From the NCBI GenBank assembly GCA_026627065.1, contig JAPNUO010000010.1, positions 14,179-78,178 on the forward strand: 64,000 nt of DNA. The letters are read 5' to 3'. This DNA comes from Bacillota bacterium. GTDB lineage: Bacteria; Bacillota; Sulfobacillia; Sulfobacillales; Sulfobacillaceae. The notes beneath the pieces are model-generated. The model did not search any database. It was not told the DNA's origin and saw nothing but the letters and a program-made list of their open reading frames with translations. Numbering within the stretch: the first letter of the stretch is position 1; the number at the start of each line of letters is the position of its first letter. This document shows positions 38,329-48,048 of this stretch, one piece after another. A program made the translations under genes and the position numbers.

Positions 38329-39652
38329 GCGTTGGGTGCCGTATTCGCGAAAAGGATGGCAATCTTTGGGACGCGTCGCGCGCCAGCTGATTATGGCGCG
38401 GTTTTTGCGCGCCGTGGCCCAAGGCGCCCTGGCCGTGGACTTTACCTTGTACCTGAAGGTGCGCGGCTGGAGCGCTCCGGATGTTGGGCTCCTGCTCATG
38501 GCCGGCGGATTAACCGGAGCATTTTTAAGCCTCTTGGTGGGCATTGTCAGCGATCGGGTAGGCCGTCGCCTGTTTCTCCTGATTTACGAAACCGGCCTCA
38601 TCATTGGCACGGGCCTCATCATCCTGTTTCCCACCGCCTGGATTCTGGTGTTGTCGGCTGCGCTGTTTGGCTTTGGACGCGGCGCCAACGGATCCTCCGG
38701 ACCCTTCGCTCCGGCAGAACAAGCCTGGCTGGCTCAATCGGTGCCTTCGGAGCGTCGCGGCAATGTTTTTAGCTTCAACGCCGGCTTGCAGTTTTGGGGA
38801 ATGGGCGTCGGTTCGCTATTGGCCGCGGTCTTGCCCCACTTGATTCCCGGCGCTCGCGGCCCCAGCGCCTATCTCCCTTTATTTTTCCTCAATCTCCTGA
38901 TGGCGATCATCAACCTCTTGCAAATTTTAAGCCTGGAAGAAACGCCTCCTGTGCCCGAAAAGCGGAGTGCGGTGCAGCCCCGGCCAGCGTCCGCGTCCGA
39001 CCCGAGTGTGGTGAAGCGGGAAAACCGCGCCCTCACCCTGTTGGTCATCGTCAACATGGTCAACTCGCTCGGAGTCGGATTGGTCGCTCCCCTGCTTCCC
39101 TATTGGTTTAACCTCAAGTTTGGCGTGGGTCCCACTGCCATCGGCCCGGTCTATGCGTTGACGTTCTTCCTCACAGGGATTTCGTCCCTCGTCATTGGCC
39201 GCGTGTCCGAGCAGATTGGGTTGGTGCGCTCCATTGTGCTGCCGCGCATCCTTGGCGTGATGCTCTTAGTGGCCATCCCCTTCATGCCGTCTTTTGCCCT
39301 CGCCGCTACCCTGTACGTGGCGCGATCGATTGTCAATCGCAGCTCCATGGGAGCGCGTCAGGCCTTTAGCGTGGGATTGGTGCGCGATCAGCGCCGAGGA
39401 TTCGCCTCCAGTCTTAATGCCGTGTCTTGGAGCCTGGCTGCGGCCTTCGGCCCGGCTGTGGGAGGCTGGCTCATCGGCATGGGATCGCTCGTGTGGCCCT
39501 TTGTGGCGGCGGCAGCCCTGCAGCTGGGATACGTCATACTCTTTCCCACCGTCATGGGTCGTTACGATACCACGGGGGCCAATCGGCGCCCGGCGGCCGA
39601 AACCGCCACCGGACCGTCCCGGGTGGAATCGCCGGCGTCAAGGCGTCAATGA
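38321..39652 (+). CDS. MFS transporter
   Basis: 443 aa. The GTG start overlaps the MarR stop. 12-14 TM helices and the motif DRVGRR. Confidence 0.85.
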   Translation: MSERWVPYSRKGWQSLGRVARQLIMARFLRAVAQGALAVDFTLYLKVRGWSAPDVGLLLMAGGLTGAFLSLLVGIVSDRVGRRLFLLIYETGLIIGTGLIILFPTAWILVLSAALFGFGRGANGSSGPFAPAEQAWLAQSVPSERRGNVFSFNAGLQFWGMGVGSLLAAVLPHLIPGARGPSAYLPLFFLNLLMAIINLLQILSLEETPPVPEKRSAVQPRPASASDPSVVKRENRALTLLVIVNMVNSLGVGLVAPLLPYWFNLKFGVGPTAIGPVYALTFFLTGISSLVIGRVSEQIGLVRSIVLPRILGVMLLVAIPFMPSFALAATLYVARSIVNRSSMGARQAFSVGLVRDQRRGFASSLNAVSWSLAAAFGPAVGGWLIGMGSLVWPFVAAAALQLGYVILFPTVMGRYDTTGANRRPAAETATGPSRVESPASRRQ

Positions 39653-39953
39653 TCCTATCGTGTCGTGCCACGCTTGAGGAAGAGGCGCAGCCCTTGCGCT
39701 ACTGCTGAATCATGAGGGCGACTTCGAGCGATTTTGCCTATTTTGGATGGCTTAGGAGGCTGATTTTTCCACCACTTGACGAGACATTATCCGGAAAGTC
39801 CCGACCGCCGAAGCCAACGCACAGGTAAGACCAGTCAATCAGTCACCTCATTCGTGCGTTCTCGCAGAAGTATGCGAAAATCTATCAAATGATGTGGCGT
39901 CATACGTAGCAGGCGACGACAAAATTCATCGCAAGATACTCAGTTGCCCTTGT

Positions 39954-41444
39954 TCAGTGATCGCCTTGCGACTCAAGACTCTCTGCACGACGAACTGCCT
40001 GCCTCCATCTTGCCCGTTGACGAAGGCGCCAATCGCCGTCTCGGTGAGGAAAATATTCGCGCGTGAAGGCTGCCGGGGTGGAATTGTTGGGGTCGATCCC
40101 CTTCGCCACCATAGCCAACCTAGCGACGCCCCACGCCGCTAGATCCTCTATGCTACTCACCTTCACGGGTACGCCTAAGATATCACTTTGATATTGCATG
40201 AGGTAAGGGTTACGGGTCGGACCACCATCGCAACGCAGTTCGGTCAATCCCCCATGATGGGCGTAAAGTTGTTGAACAATATCATCGATTCGGTGAGCAA
40301 TTCCGCGTAATACGGCTTGAACTAATTGATGTGGAGTCGTTCCTCGGTGAATGCCCCAAACGGTCCCGCGGGCAGCAGGGTTCCACCACGGGGCTCCGAG
40401 TCCCGCAAGTGCTGGAACAAATACCAAATTTTCGTCTTCGATGTCATTCTCCACTTCGTTCGAATCCTCGACCGACGTTAAAATGCCCATATCCACCAGC
40501 CACTCTATCGCTGCCCCAGCAGTGAGGACACCACCGTCAACTGCATAAACCAGGCGCTGCCCTGGCAGTTGCCACGCAATCGTCGGCAATAGTCCAGGGA
40601 TATTTGGTCGCTGATGACCGGCATTCGCTAGCACGAAAGCTCCCGTCCCGTAAGAAACTTTGGCCTGTCCCGTCTGCACACAACCATGGCCAAAAAGCGC
40701 CGCCTGCTGATCCACCGCTAGCCCCGCCACGTCGATAGTTTCACCAACTTTTTCCTTATTCGTCCTGCCGATGATATAAGCATTCGGAACGATATTAGGT
40801 AACTCCACCTCCCTAATGCCGAATGCCTCTAACAAATTCTCGGACCAAACGCCTACATCGATATTTAGCAACTGCGTGCGACTCGCGGTAGCAACGTCAG
40901 TAATATACGGAGGATCGGTCAGCAAATGGTGCAAGATCCAGCTGTCGGTGGTACTCAAGCGCAGGGTTCCGCGTTGCCTCGCTGCACGGACCGCCTCACT
41001 TTTCTTAAGAAGCCACATCATTTTAGTTGAAGAGAAATATGGATCTATGGGAAGGCCACTAATTGCGGCAATCATTGGCGCCAGTTTAGTGGTTTTCAAC
41101 TGGACGCACAGCGATTCCGTGCGTCGACATTGCCACCCAATGGCCGGGGCTAACGGCTGTCCCGTGGACGCGTCCCATGCCACCACGGTTTCCCCTTGGT
41201 TGGCCAACCCGAGTCCTGCAATGGCACGCCCTTGACGCCGTGGATCGTTCAGGACGGCACGAATCGTCTCAATAACTGCCTGGACCAAGTCCCATGGGTC
41301 CTGCTCCACCCATCCTGGGTGCGGATAAAAGGAGCGTACGTGGACGGTTGCCTCAGCGATAACAGTACCAACTGAGTTAAATAAGATCGCCTTCGTCTGC
41401 GTAGTACCCGCGTCCACACCTATCCAGAGATCAGAAGTGATCAT
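39954..41444 (-). CDS. glpK: glycerol kinase
   Basis: 496 aa from MITSDLWIGVDAGTTQTK. FGGY blocks NQGETVVAWDASTGQPL, WQCRRT and FVPALAGLGAPWWNPAARG. Its start overlaps the upstream gene by 14 nt. Confidence 0.9.
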   Translation of the reverse strand: MITSDLWIGVDAGTTQTKAILFNSVGTVIAEATVHVRSFYPHPGWVEQDPWDLVQAVIETIRAVLNDPRRQGRAIAGLGLANQGETVVAWDASTGQPLAPAIGWQCRRTESLCVQLKTTKLAPMIAAISGLPIDPYFSSTKMMWLLKKSEAVRAARQRGTLRLSTTDSWILHHLLTDPPYITDVATASRTQLLNIDVGVWSENLLEAFGIREVELPNIVPNAYIIGRTNKEKVGETIDVAGLAVDQQAALFGHGCVQTGQAKVSYGTGAFVLANAGHQRPNIPGLLPTIAWQLPGQRLVYAVDGGVLTAGAAIEWLVDMGILTSVEDSNEVENDIEDENLVFVPALAGLGAPWWNPAARGTVWGIHRGTTPHQLVQAVLRGIAHRIDDIVQQLYAHHGGLTELRCDGGPTRNPYLMQYQSDILGVPVKVSSIEDLAAWGVARLAMVAKGIDPNNSTPAAFTREYFPHRDGDWRLRQRARWRQAVRRAESLESQGDH

Positions 41445-41892
41445 GAGGCACCGCCTCCTCGAGCAAGGCTCGCAGACGATCTTCGAACAGAGCCGCCTGT
41501 TTCCCTGAAACGGACCGCAACATAGCATCGCCAAGGGAAGCCAATCTTCCCGATGTTTGAAGCGTTAAGCGATAGCGCATGCCGAACTCAGTTCGCTCGG
41601 GATTTTGGGCTAGTTCAAGAACGATGTCGCACGTAAACGTGCCGACCAATCGCTCGGGATGGCCAACGACTCGGACCACCAGCCTATCATCTTCCCTTTC
41701 CACAGTGCCCTCAATACGGCTCACCAGGTCCATAAAAGGCAAGGGAACGACCATTGTGCCGGTGACTGACGTTCCGTCGATCGCTAGGTCCCGCAAACCT
41801 GGGATAGCCCCGGTTAACCGGGGCCAATCGGCCAACAACGCTTGGATGGTCGCCTCGGGCCACGAACCCCACACGCTGCCTTCGATAATCAT
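41431..41892 (-). CDS. SRPBCC/CoxG-like small protein
   Basis: 153 aa with the CoxG-like pattern (WPEATIQALLADWPRLTGAIPGL...). The ATG overlaps the upstream TGA (ATGA). Confidence 0.65.
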   Translation of the reverse strand: MIIEGSVWGSWPEATIQALLADWPRLTGAIPGLRDLAIDGTSVTGTMVVPLPFMDLVSRIEGTVEREDDRLVVRVVGHPERLVGTFTCDIVLELAQNPERTEFGMRYRLTLQTSGRLASLGDAMLRSVSGKQAALFEDRLRALLEEAVPHDHF

Positions 41893-44096
41893 GAACGTAC
41901 CTCCTTGAGCAGGTCACCGACCACGGCGTCCACGGACAGATAGTCTGCTTGCGCCAATGGCGGGAGCGCCCAGAGTCTGGGAATACTGGTCAAGCCCGTG
42001 AACGTTGTTTGCAACCGGCCATTATGGGTCCACGCCACGTTCTCATGATGTTTGAGATAGGGAATCCAAGGTATGCGTCCTCCGGAAAAGCACAACACAT
42101 CCCCCTCAACCGTGAACACTTCGTCATCCACACCAACGACGGTGATGGATTCAAACTGGCCATGTCCATGGATTTTTTGGACAGCGCGAATGAGGTGCCA
42201 CGTGATAGCGAGCTGGTCCGGAGGCGGAGGCTGGCTAATTAGGACAATCGGCTGAATTCCTGATGATTGGTACCGGACTGCCCAAGAGAGGATGGTCCCG
42301 ATTCCATCGTGAAGCCCCACCAGTACAGGTCGAGCCCCGACCAAATACCCGCGCCGCCAGAACTCTTCCAATCCATCTGGCGTATACACGTGCGCAGGCC
42401 GGTCGCCAGGAATTGAGAGGGCACCGGGAGGTTGATGCATTGATCCAGTCGCCAAGACTACAGCCTGCGCCCGAATGATAAAAACGCCTAAGGAATTCGT
42501 CACGGTTAAGGCTAGTTCTCCTGGCTTATTCCGGCTTACATCCACCACAGTCCCGGTATAGGTTCCCTGTCCAGCAGCATCGATCACTAAGGGCGAAATT
42601 CCGTGGCCCTTCAATGCGTCGGTAATTTGCCGACCCCACGTTCCTCCCCCAACCACGACAATCTCCTCTGTTTGATCACTAGAGAGCAACGGAGCAGCTA
42701 CATAGATGGTTGGAATCGATACCCGTGGCAATACCAGCGCTTCATCGCCCTTCGGCATCTCTTCCCATTCCTGACCGAGATAGGAAGCAACTCGCTCTCG
42801 AATAGTTTCCATACAACGGTTGCCCTGACATTCGCCAAGCATAGCCCCACTACGTCGCTTGATTCCGTCGAGGGTACGTGCGGGCAATGGATTTGCCACC
42901 GTCCTTAAAATTTCTCCCCAAGTCACCGCCCGACACGGGCAGAGGACTTCCTCTCCCCCTTCTGGCGCTGACTCCGCAAAGAGCGGCGGCGCGGGCAGCC
43001 AAATGTCCCTTCGGGAAGATGATAACCCATGCGCCAAAAGTTGCTCACAGACATATTCGGCTATCCCGATCGAAGCTGAGATCCCAGTGGAACGAATGCC
43101 CAAGACGTGCAACACCCGATCCGAACGTTGTGACCACTGAATGGCGTAATCGGACTGGCTGGCCACGGCGCGCAGACCCGCGAACTGGCGGATACTGGGG
43201 ATATTTGCTAGGGCGGGAACCATCGCACTCACATGCTGTCGAACGTATTCTATTCCCTCTTGCGTGGTCGACCAGTCCTCTTTGTCGAACTGGTCTTCCG
43301 CGGTGGGCCCCAGGAGCAACCCGCCAAAGGCAATGGGAGTGACTATCACCCCTTTGGAAATGGGCGTCGGGACAGGCAGCAGAATCGCGTGAATACCGAG
43401 ATCCTCTTCGACAACCAAGAATTGACCCTTGCGGGGATGAAGGTCAATTGGATCGCCTAATGTCCGCGCGATGTCATCGCCCCACAGTCCACCAGCGTTT
43501 ACCACCCATTGGGAGGTATAAGTCCCCGCCGTCGTCGTCACGTGAACCGTAGTACCTTTCGGCTCCAGTGAAAGCACCCGCGTCCGCCAATGAAATTCTA
43601 CGCCATTGGTTGCCGCTTGTTCAGCAAACGCCCGAATGGCCGAAAACGGATCGATCACCCTTTCTCCGGAAATCCAGAGAGCTTCGCGCAGGTTTCCTGT
43701 CACCTGCGGCATTGCCTCCCGCACGTAACGACCTGTTACGCGTTCCACAAGTACACCATTCGCCCGCGCCTGCTCCTCGTACAACGCTAGCTGGCTGACC
43801 TCGGCAGAGGAGCAAGCCAACATATAAGCTCCGGTAGGTACCCAGGGAATCGGCGCATTTTCCAATAGCTCGTCCCAAAGAACGCGCGATCGCTGTAACA
43901 ACTGGGCTTCTAATGATCCCACAGGGGCGTCGAATCCCGTGTGAATGATTGCTGAATTGGCCTTGGACGTTCCGGTTCCCAAATCACGTGATCGGTCGAC
44001 CACTAAAGTGCTCAGGGAGTATCGCGAAAGGGCTCGGGCAATGGCTGTACCTACGATACCTGCCCCGATCACGATAACATCCCAGTGATTCTTCAT
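41889..44096 (-). CDS. fused FAD-dependent glycerol-3-phosphate dehydrogenase-like protein (GlpA-like + BFD [2Fe-2S] + second Rossmann oxidoreductase module)
   Basis: 735 aa. N-terminal DVIVIGAGIVGTAIA...TSKANSAIIHTGFD, BFD-like CPCRAVTWGEI...GECQGNRC, and a second dinucleotide fold IVVVGGGTWGRQI near aa 480. Confidence 0.85.
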   Translation of the reverse strand: MKNHWDVIVIGAGIVGTAIARALSRYSLSTLVVDRSRDLGTGTSKANSAIIHTGFDAPVGSLEAQLLQRSRVLWDELLENAPIPWVPTGAYMLACSSAEVSQLALYEEQARANGVLVERVTGRYVREAMPQVTGNLREALWISGERVIDPFSAIRAFAEQAATNGVEFHWRTRVLSLEPKGTTVHVTTTAGTYTSQWVVNAGGLWGDDIARTLGDPIDLHPRKGQFLVVEEDLGIHAILLPVPTPISKGVIVTPIAFGGLLLGPTAEDQFDKEDWSTTQEGIEYVRQHVSAMVPALANIPSIRQFAGLRAVASQSDYAIQWSQRSDRVLHVLGIRSTGISASIGIAEYVCEQLLAHGLSSSRRDIWLPAPPLFAESAPEGGEEVLCPCRAVTWGEILRTVANPLPARTLDGIKRRSGAMLGECQGNRCMETIRERVASYLGQEWEEMPKGDEALVLPRVSIPTIYVAAPLLSSDQTEEIVVVGGGTWGRQITDALKGHGISPLVIDAAGQGTYTGTVVDVSRNKPGELALTVTNSLGVFIIRAQAVVLATGSMHQPPGALSIPGDRPAHVYTPDGLEEFWRRGYLVGARPVLVGLHDGIGTILSWAVRYQSSGIQPIVLISQPPPPDQLAITWHLIRAVQKIHGHGQFESITVVGVDDEVFTVEGDVLCFSGGRIPWIPYLKHHENVAWTHNGRLQTTFTGLTSIPRLWALPPLAQADYLSVDAVVGDLLKEVRS

Positions 44097-44135
44097 GTGC
44101 TTAGCTCCTTTGCTTGGTCTTTTGCCACCTTTGGC

Positions 44136-45551
44136 TTAACGACTACTTTCCACGGTGCGAGCGATTCTACGCCGAAATCCCGCCCAATATAGAATAACGC
44201 CGAGGACGAGAATTCCGGCGGTCCACAGGGCGGTTTGATGAAACTCCGCAGGTACCGTGAGCACCAAGACCGCAAAAATAAGCCACGCACTGGCCACAAC
44301 CGCAATCAGTCTACCCCACCGATTCCAACGGGTGGGAGACAGGGGAACCGGCAAACGGGGATAGGACACCGCGTATGTCAGTGTCGTAGACAAGTAAATT
44401 AACGCCGGCAAAACAGAGGTAGTACCCACCAAAACGGTTAGCGAGTTGGAAAAGACGGCTCCTAGGATTCCTAGAAGACCCAATAGAATCAAGGCTGGAA
44501 TAGGGGTTTCAAACCGAGGAGACACTCGCCGGAAGAATCCGCTAACAAAAAAGTTGTGATCCCGGCTCATGGCGAAAATGAGTCGTCCTCCTGAGGTCAT
44601 AATGACTAAACCGCAGGCAAAAATAGAGATGATGACCAAAACTAAGAAGAATGTCCCCAGAACTCGGCCCAAATCGGTGGTGATAATATACGGTAACGGC
44701 GCGCTAGCCGTCAGGACCGCATGCATATTGGGAATGGCAATGACCGCGGCCACTAGAAACAACGTGCCTAAAATTCCAGCAATGGCGACAGAGGACATGA
44801 TGGCTCTAGGCACGACCTGGTGAGCACGATGGGTTTCTTCGGAGAGATTGGCAGCAGCTTCAAATCCCACAATGGTAAAAAGCCCCATCAACAAGGACAA
44901 GATAAACGCGCCCAAGTAGGGACCTTTGATGTTTGCATGATACACTAGGGCTCCCCAAGCAGGATGATGAATAAATGCCACAATGGTAAGCGCAATCGCT
45001 AGACCTACAAAACCGCCCGCTTCGGTAAACACCGCAATGCTATTGATACCGGTTGTTGCCCGTACACTAAAGATGTTTAAACCTAATTGCACAAGAATCG
45101 TAACAATCACGATGGCGGTCAAGTGTCCGGCCGTAGGCGCAATGCCAAAGACTTGGGCCACTACCGGTGCGAGTCCTCCATCTACCGCCGGAACCACGAG
45201 CGCTAAAAAAGCAAAAGACATCCAACCGGTAAACCATCCTATCCCCGGCGTGGCGAGGCGCCGAATCCATTGGTAGGAGTACCCCGATAACGGGATGCGA
45301 CTGGCTAAATCCGCAAAGACAGCAGCCACCAATAGCTGTCCTGCTGCCACGATGGGCCAGGTCCAAATACCTGCGGGTCCCCCTGTACTAAGGACAAAGC
45401 TAAAGTTGGTAAAAATGCCAGTGGTCATCGAAATAAAGGAAAAAGCTACCGCAAATGAAGCAAAGAGACCGAGAGTCCGACGTAATTCAGCACGGTAGGA
45501 AAAGCGGTGTAATATTTCTTCATCCGAAACGTTGGGGGAAAACTGCGACAC
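44136..45551 (-). CDS. APC-superfamily permease
   Basis: 471 aa from the GTG at 45551, which lies 6 nt after AAGGAGGAG. About 12 TM helices. The track ORF starts at 45584. Confidence 0.85.
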   Translation of the reverse strand: MSQFSPNVSDEEILHRFSYRAELRRTLGLFASFAVAFSFISMTTGIFTNFSFVLSTGGPAGIWTWPIVAAGQLLVAAVFADLASRIPLSGYSYQWIRRLATPGIGWFTGWMSFAFLALVVPAVDGGLAPVVAQVFGIAPTAGHLTAIVIVTILVQLGLNIFSVRATTGINSIAVFTEAGGFVGLAIALTIVAFIHHPAWGALVYHANIKGPYLGAFILSLLMGLFTIVGFEAAANLSEETHRAHQVVPRAIMSSVAIAGILGTLFLVAAVIAIPNMHAVLTASAPLPYIITTDLGRVLGTFFLVLVIISIFACGLVIMTSGGRLIFAMSRDHNFFVSGFFRRVSPRFETPIPALILLGLLGILGAVFSNSLTVLVGTTSVLPALIYLSTTLTYAVSYPRLPVPLSPTRWNRWGRLIAVVASAWLIFAVLVLTVPAEFHQTALWTAGILVLGVILYWAGFRRRIARTVESSR

Positions 45552-45571
45552 GGTTAACTCCTCCTTTGAAT

Positions 45572-45588
45572 ACCAATGCATCATTGGT
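45572..45588. promoter_or_regulatory. perfect 7-3-7 palindrome, candidate GntR/HutC operator
   Basis: ACCAATG-CAT-CATTGGT in the permease/gntR divergent region. A second near-palindrome GCAAATATTCGC lies at 45603-45614. Confidence 0.4.
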
Positions 45589-45701
45589 TTAGCCTAAAAT
45601 ACGCAAATATTCGCAATCCGTCAAGTACTGACGCGCGTGTGATAACATTTTTTCTGTCCTCAAGTCCCCGTGTACCTTTATTAGGAGAGGAGAATGTCTT
45701 C

Positions 45702-46409
45702 GTGACGCGCGTGTCTACGATAGAAAACGAATTGCGTCGCATTATCGCTGATCATCAGGCGAGTGGCACACCTTTGCCTTCCGAACGCACACTGGCCCAA
45801 ATGTTACACACCTCACGAAATACCATCCGGCGAATTTTTGGTCAATTTCGCAAAGACGGATTGATTCAATCCCATCAGGGGCGAGGGACCTTCGCCGGGG
45901 AGCCACCCATTACCATGGACATGGCCACACTAACGAGTTTTACGGAAGGGACGCGACTGAGCGGTAAGGTCCCAGCGTCGGAAGTTTTGCTCACGGAGGT
46001 TATTCGAGCTACGCCGAGATTGAGCGAATCTTTGCATCTTACAGTGCATGCGCCAGTGGTTCATGTTGTCCGACGACGTCTGGCCAATGGAGTAGTGGTT
46101 TCCTTGGAAGACTCCTTCTTCCCCCACGAGATTGTTCCGACGTTACTCGACTGGGACCTTAGTCGGTACTCCATCTACGAATTAATGACAACCCAATTTA
46201 ATGCGCGACCGATCCGCGCAGTGCAACGGCTCGATGCCGTTGCGGCTGGGCAGATGGAAAGTGAAGCATTGGAGGTTCGATTACGTTCACCCTTGATCCG
46301 CATTACCCGTGAGGCCTATGATGCGAATGACCGTCTTGTGGAATTTGCTCACGACTTGTTTCGTCCTGATCGCATCCAATTTGTGGCCCATTCGAAAGTA
46401 CAGTCCTAG
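45702..46409 (+). CDS. GntR/HutC-family regulator with UTRA domain
   Basis: GTG at 45702, 8 nt after AGGAGAGGAGAA. wHTH LPSERTLAQMLHTSRNTIRRIFGQFRKDGLIQSHQGRGTF. Confidence 0.85.
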   Translation: MTRVSTIENELRRIIADHQASGTPLPSERTLAQMLHTSRNTIRRIFGQFRKDGLIQSHQGRGTFAGEPPITMDMATLTSFTEGTRLSGKVPASEVLLTEVIRATPRLSESLHLTVHAPVVHVVRRRLANGVVVSLEDSFFPHEIVPTLLDWDLSRYSIYELMTTQFNARPIRAVQRLDAVAAGQMESEALEVRLRSPLIRITREAYDANDRLVEFAHDLFRPDRIQFVAHSKVQS

Positions 46410-47068
46410 ATCGTACGATATCCGTGACTTACTTTGGACGTTAAGCCATTTTTTTCTTGACGGGTTTTTGTCATGGAAGGTTAAGTGCTTTTCGCAAACG
46501 GCTTACATCACCTTAGAATTCTTGGATAGCGAGGTGTTGATGTTTTCCCCGGTGCTAAAGCGCCATGCATTACCCATAAGTCGTAGCCACGAGTATCGAG
46601 CAAGAAAAATTGCCCATTGCCCGGAACAGGGTTTCTTCCAAAGATTTTCCCTCGCTCACGTCGAACGCCCGAAATGTCGCGCAGCAGCCTTCCTTACTCC
46701 TCGACATCTCAAAGGAACCGGGACGCATAAACCATGCTTCCAACATGGAAACAGAGCCTCTATCGTCAACAGGGCCGCGGAAAGAACCATGATGCAGGCT
46801 GCCACGGAATTGTGCCACGTCGAATTTGGTAATATGCGCTTCTCCCAACGGTTTCTCCCATTGGTCGAATGCGTGAGCAACCATACCGTGGCCTCGATTC
46901 TCTGGCCGTTGGCGCCTGAACAATGACGCACCGCGTCTGGCTGTTTGCGGAGTTCTTCTCACATGTAGCGAGACAATGTATCGGTACCGTCCTCTGTCTG
47001 TGTTAAGGGCGGAAGGTGACCGCTGATTCCGAATGTGATGGAGCCCCAGAGATCCTAAGAGTCCCCTC

Positions 47069-47270
47069 ATGAATCAGTGGGTCGACCGCTGGCTGGACTA
47101 TCTGTGCAAGACGCACGTCCGCTCCCACATCGGAACGGCAGGCGGTGCAACTCACCCGTGCTCTGAAGACTCTACTGTGCTGTGGTCCTGTGCGGCAAGC
47201 CTTTTGGGAGTTCTTCCAGGCACTTGTTAACCGGCCGTGGGCAGAGTCCAACTGCAGAGTGAATTACCCA
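47069..47270 (+). pseudogene. possible tyrosine-recombinase N-terminal fragment (frameshifted)
   Basis: Reading MNQWVDRWLDYLCKTHVRS and then shifting frame to APTSERQAVQLTRALKTLL...AFWEFFQALV resembles an integrase SAM-like N-domain. No catalytic domain follows. This is a weak call. Confidence 0.2.
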
Positions 47271-47466
47271 TAATCATTGCCGTTTTAAGATTGCGGGGGG
47301 CAGGACACACCGAAAGCCGCTATTAAGGCCCAGCCGCACGGCCTCATTCTACGCACTACTCATCAAAAATGTCTGGTATCGCCTAGACTGCTAGACCGCG
47401 CTTTGGGCCAGCCATCCGCGCCGGCAGCAAGTGCCGACCCGTTGTCGTTGTTTGGCGTTAATACCA

Positions 47467-47748
47467 TTAATGACAATGACGAGGCACGCTCGATAACATT
47501 GTGTCGCACACCGCGTATTTCGTGAATACCACGGTCGCTTCGGCGATGTCCGCCATTCCGTCAAACGGTCCAGTCAATCCGCGAGATCGCCGATGTCGTA
47601 GCTCCGCGGGAGAGGCCGCCCATAATTCGGTCAAGAGTTCCTTAAAGCATTTTTCATCGCCCTGTTGCGCGTGAAAGCATGCGATATGCAGCCACTCCGC
47701 CAACACCGCATAACGCGCTATGTTCAGATCCTGGTGCGCATAGATTCT
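47467..47748 (-). pseudogene. HEPN-domain fragment (N-terminally truncated)
   Basis: ...RIYAHQDLNIARYAVLAEWLHIACFHAQQGDEKCFKELL matches the HEPN helix 1-2 pattern. An in-frame TAG at 47749-47751 cuts off the N-terminus, and only a GTG at 47706 remains as a start. Confidence 0.4.
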
Positions 47749-47790
47749 CTAGAGTTCAATGGGATCGTTCATACATAGAGAACTTTCCAC

Positions 47791-48048
47791 TTATTCATTA
47801 AGTAAGTGATTCGTCCTCATCGGAAACCCGCACCGAACCTGAAAAGGGAGCTTGGCCAAAATGTCCAGCGAAATTCTCGGAATGCCGGGCACCTGGCGAA
47901 TCGTCCGCTCCTCTGACGACACCATGATCAACAGGGCCCCGACGTGAATCCCACCGCACACAGGATCCCACAAGAATAATGCCCTCAACCTCCTGGCAGC
48001 GGGTGAGAAATGGCCCACCACCTGCTCCTCAAACGATTTTGTATTCAC
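47791..48048 (-). pseudogene. possible degenerate minimal nucleotidyltransferase (MNT) partner of the HEPN fragment
   Basis: 85 aa. ALFLWDPVCGGIHVGALLIMV sits where LFGSxARG...SDxDLLV would be, and the catalytic GS and DxD are lost. Confidence 0.25.

Noticed and set aside
46309-47070. 205-aa (+) and 166-aa (-) ORFs after gntR
   Set aside because: They overlap each other and the gntR 3' end. I recognise no family in either, and they lie in the decayed low-GC stretch. I could not decide on any real gene here.
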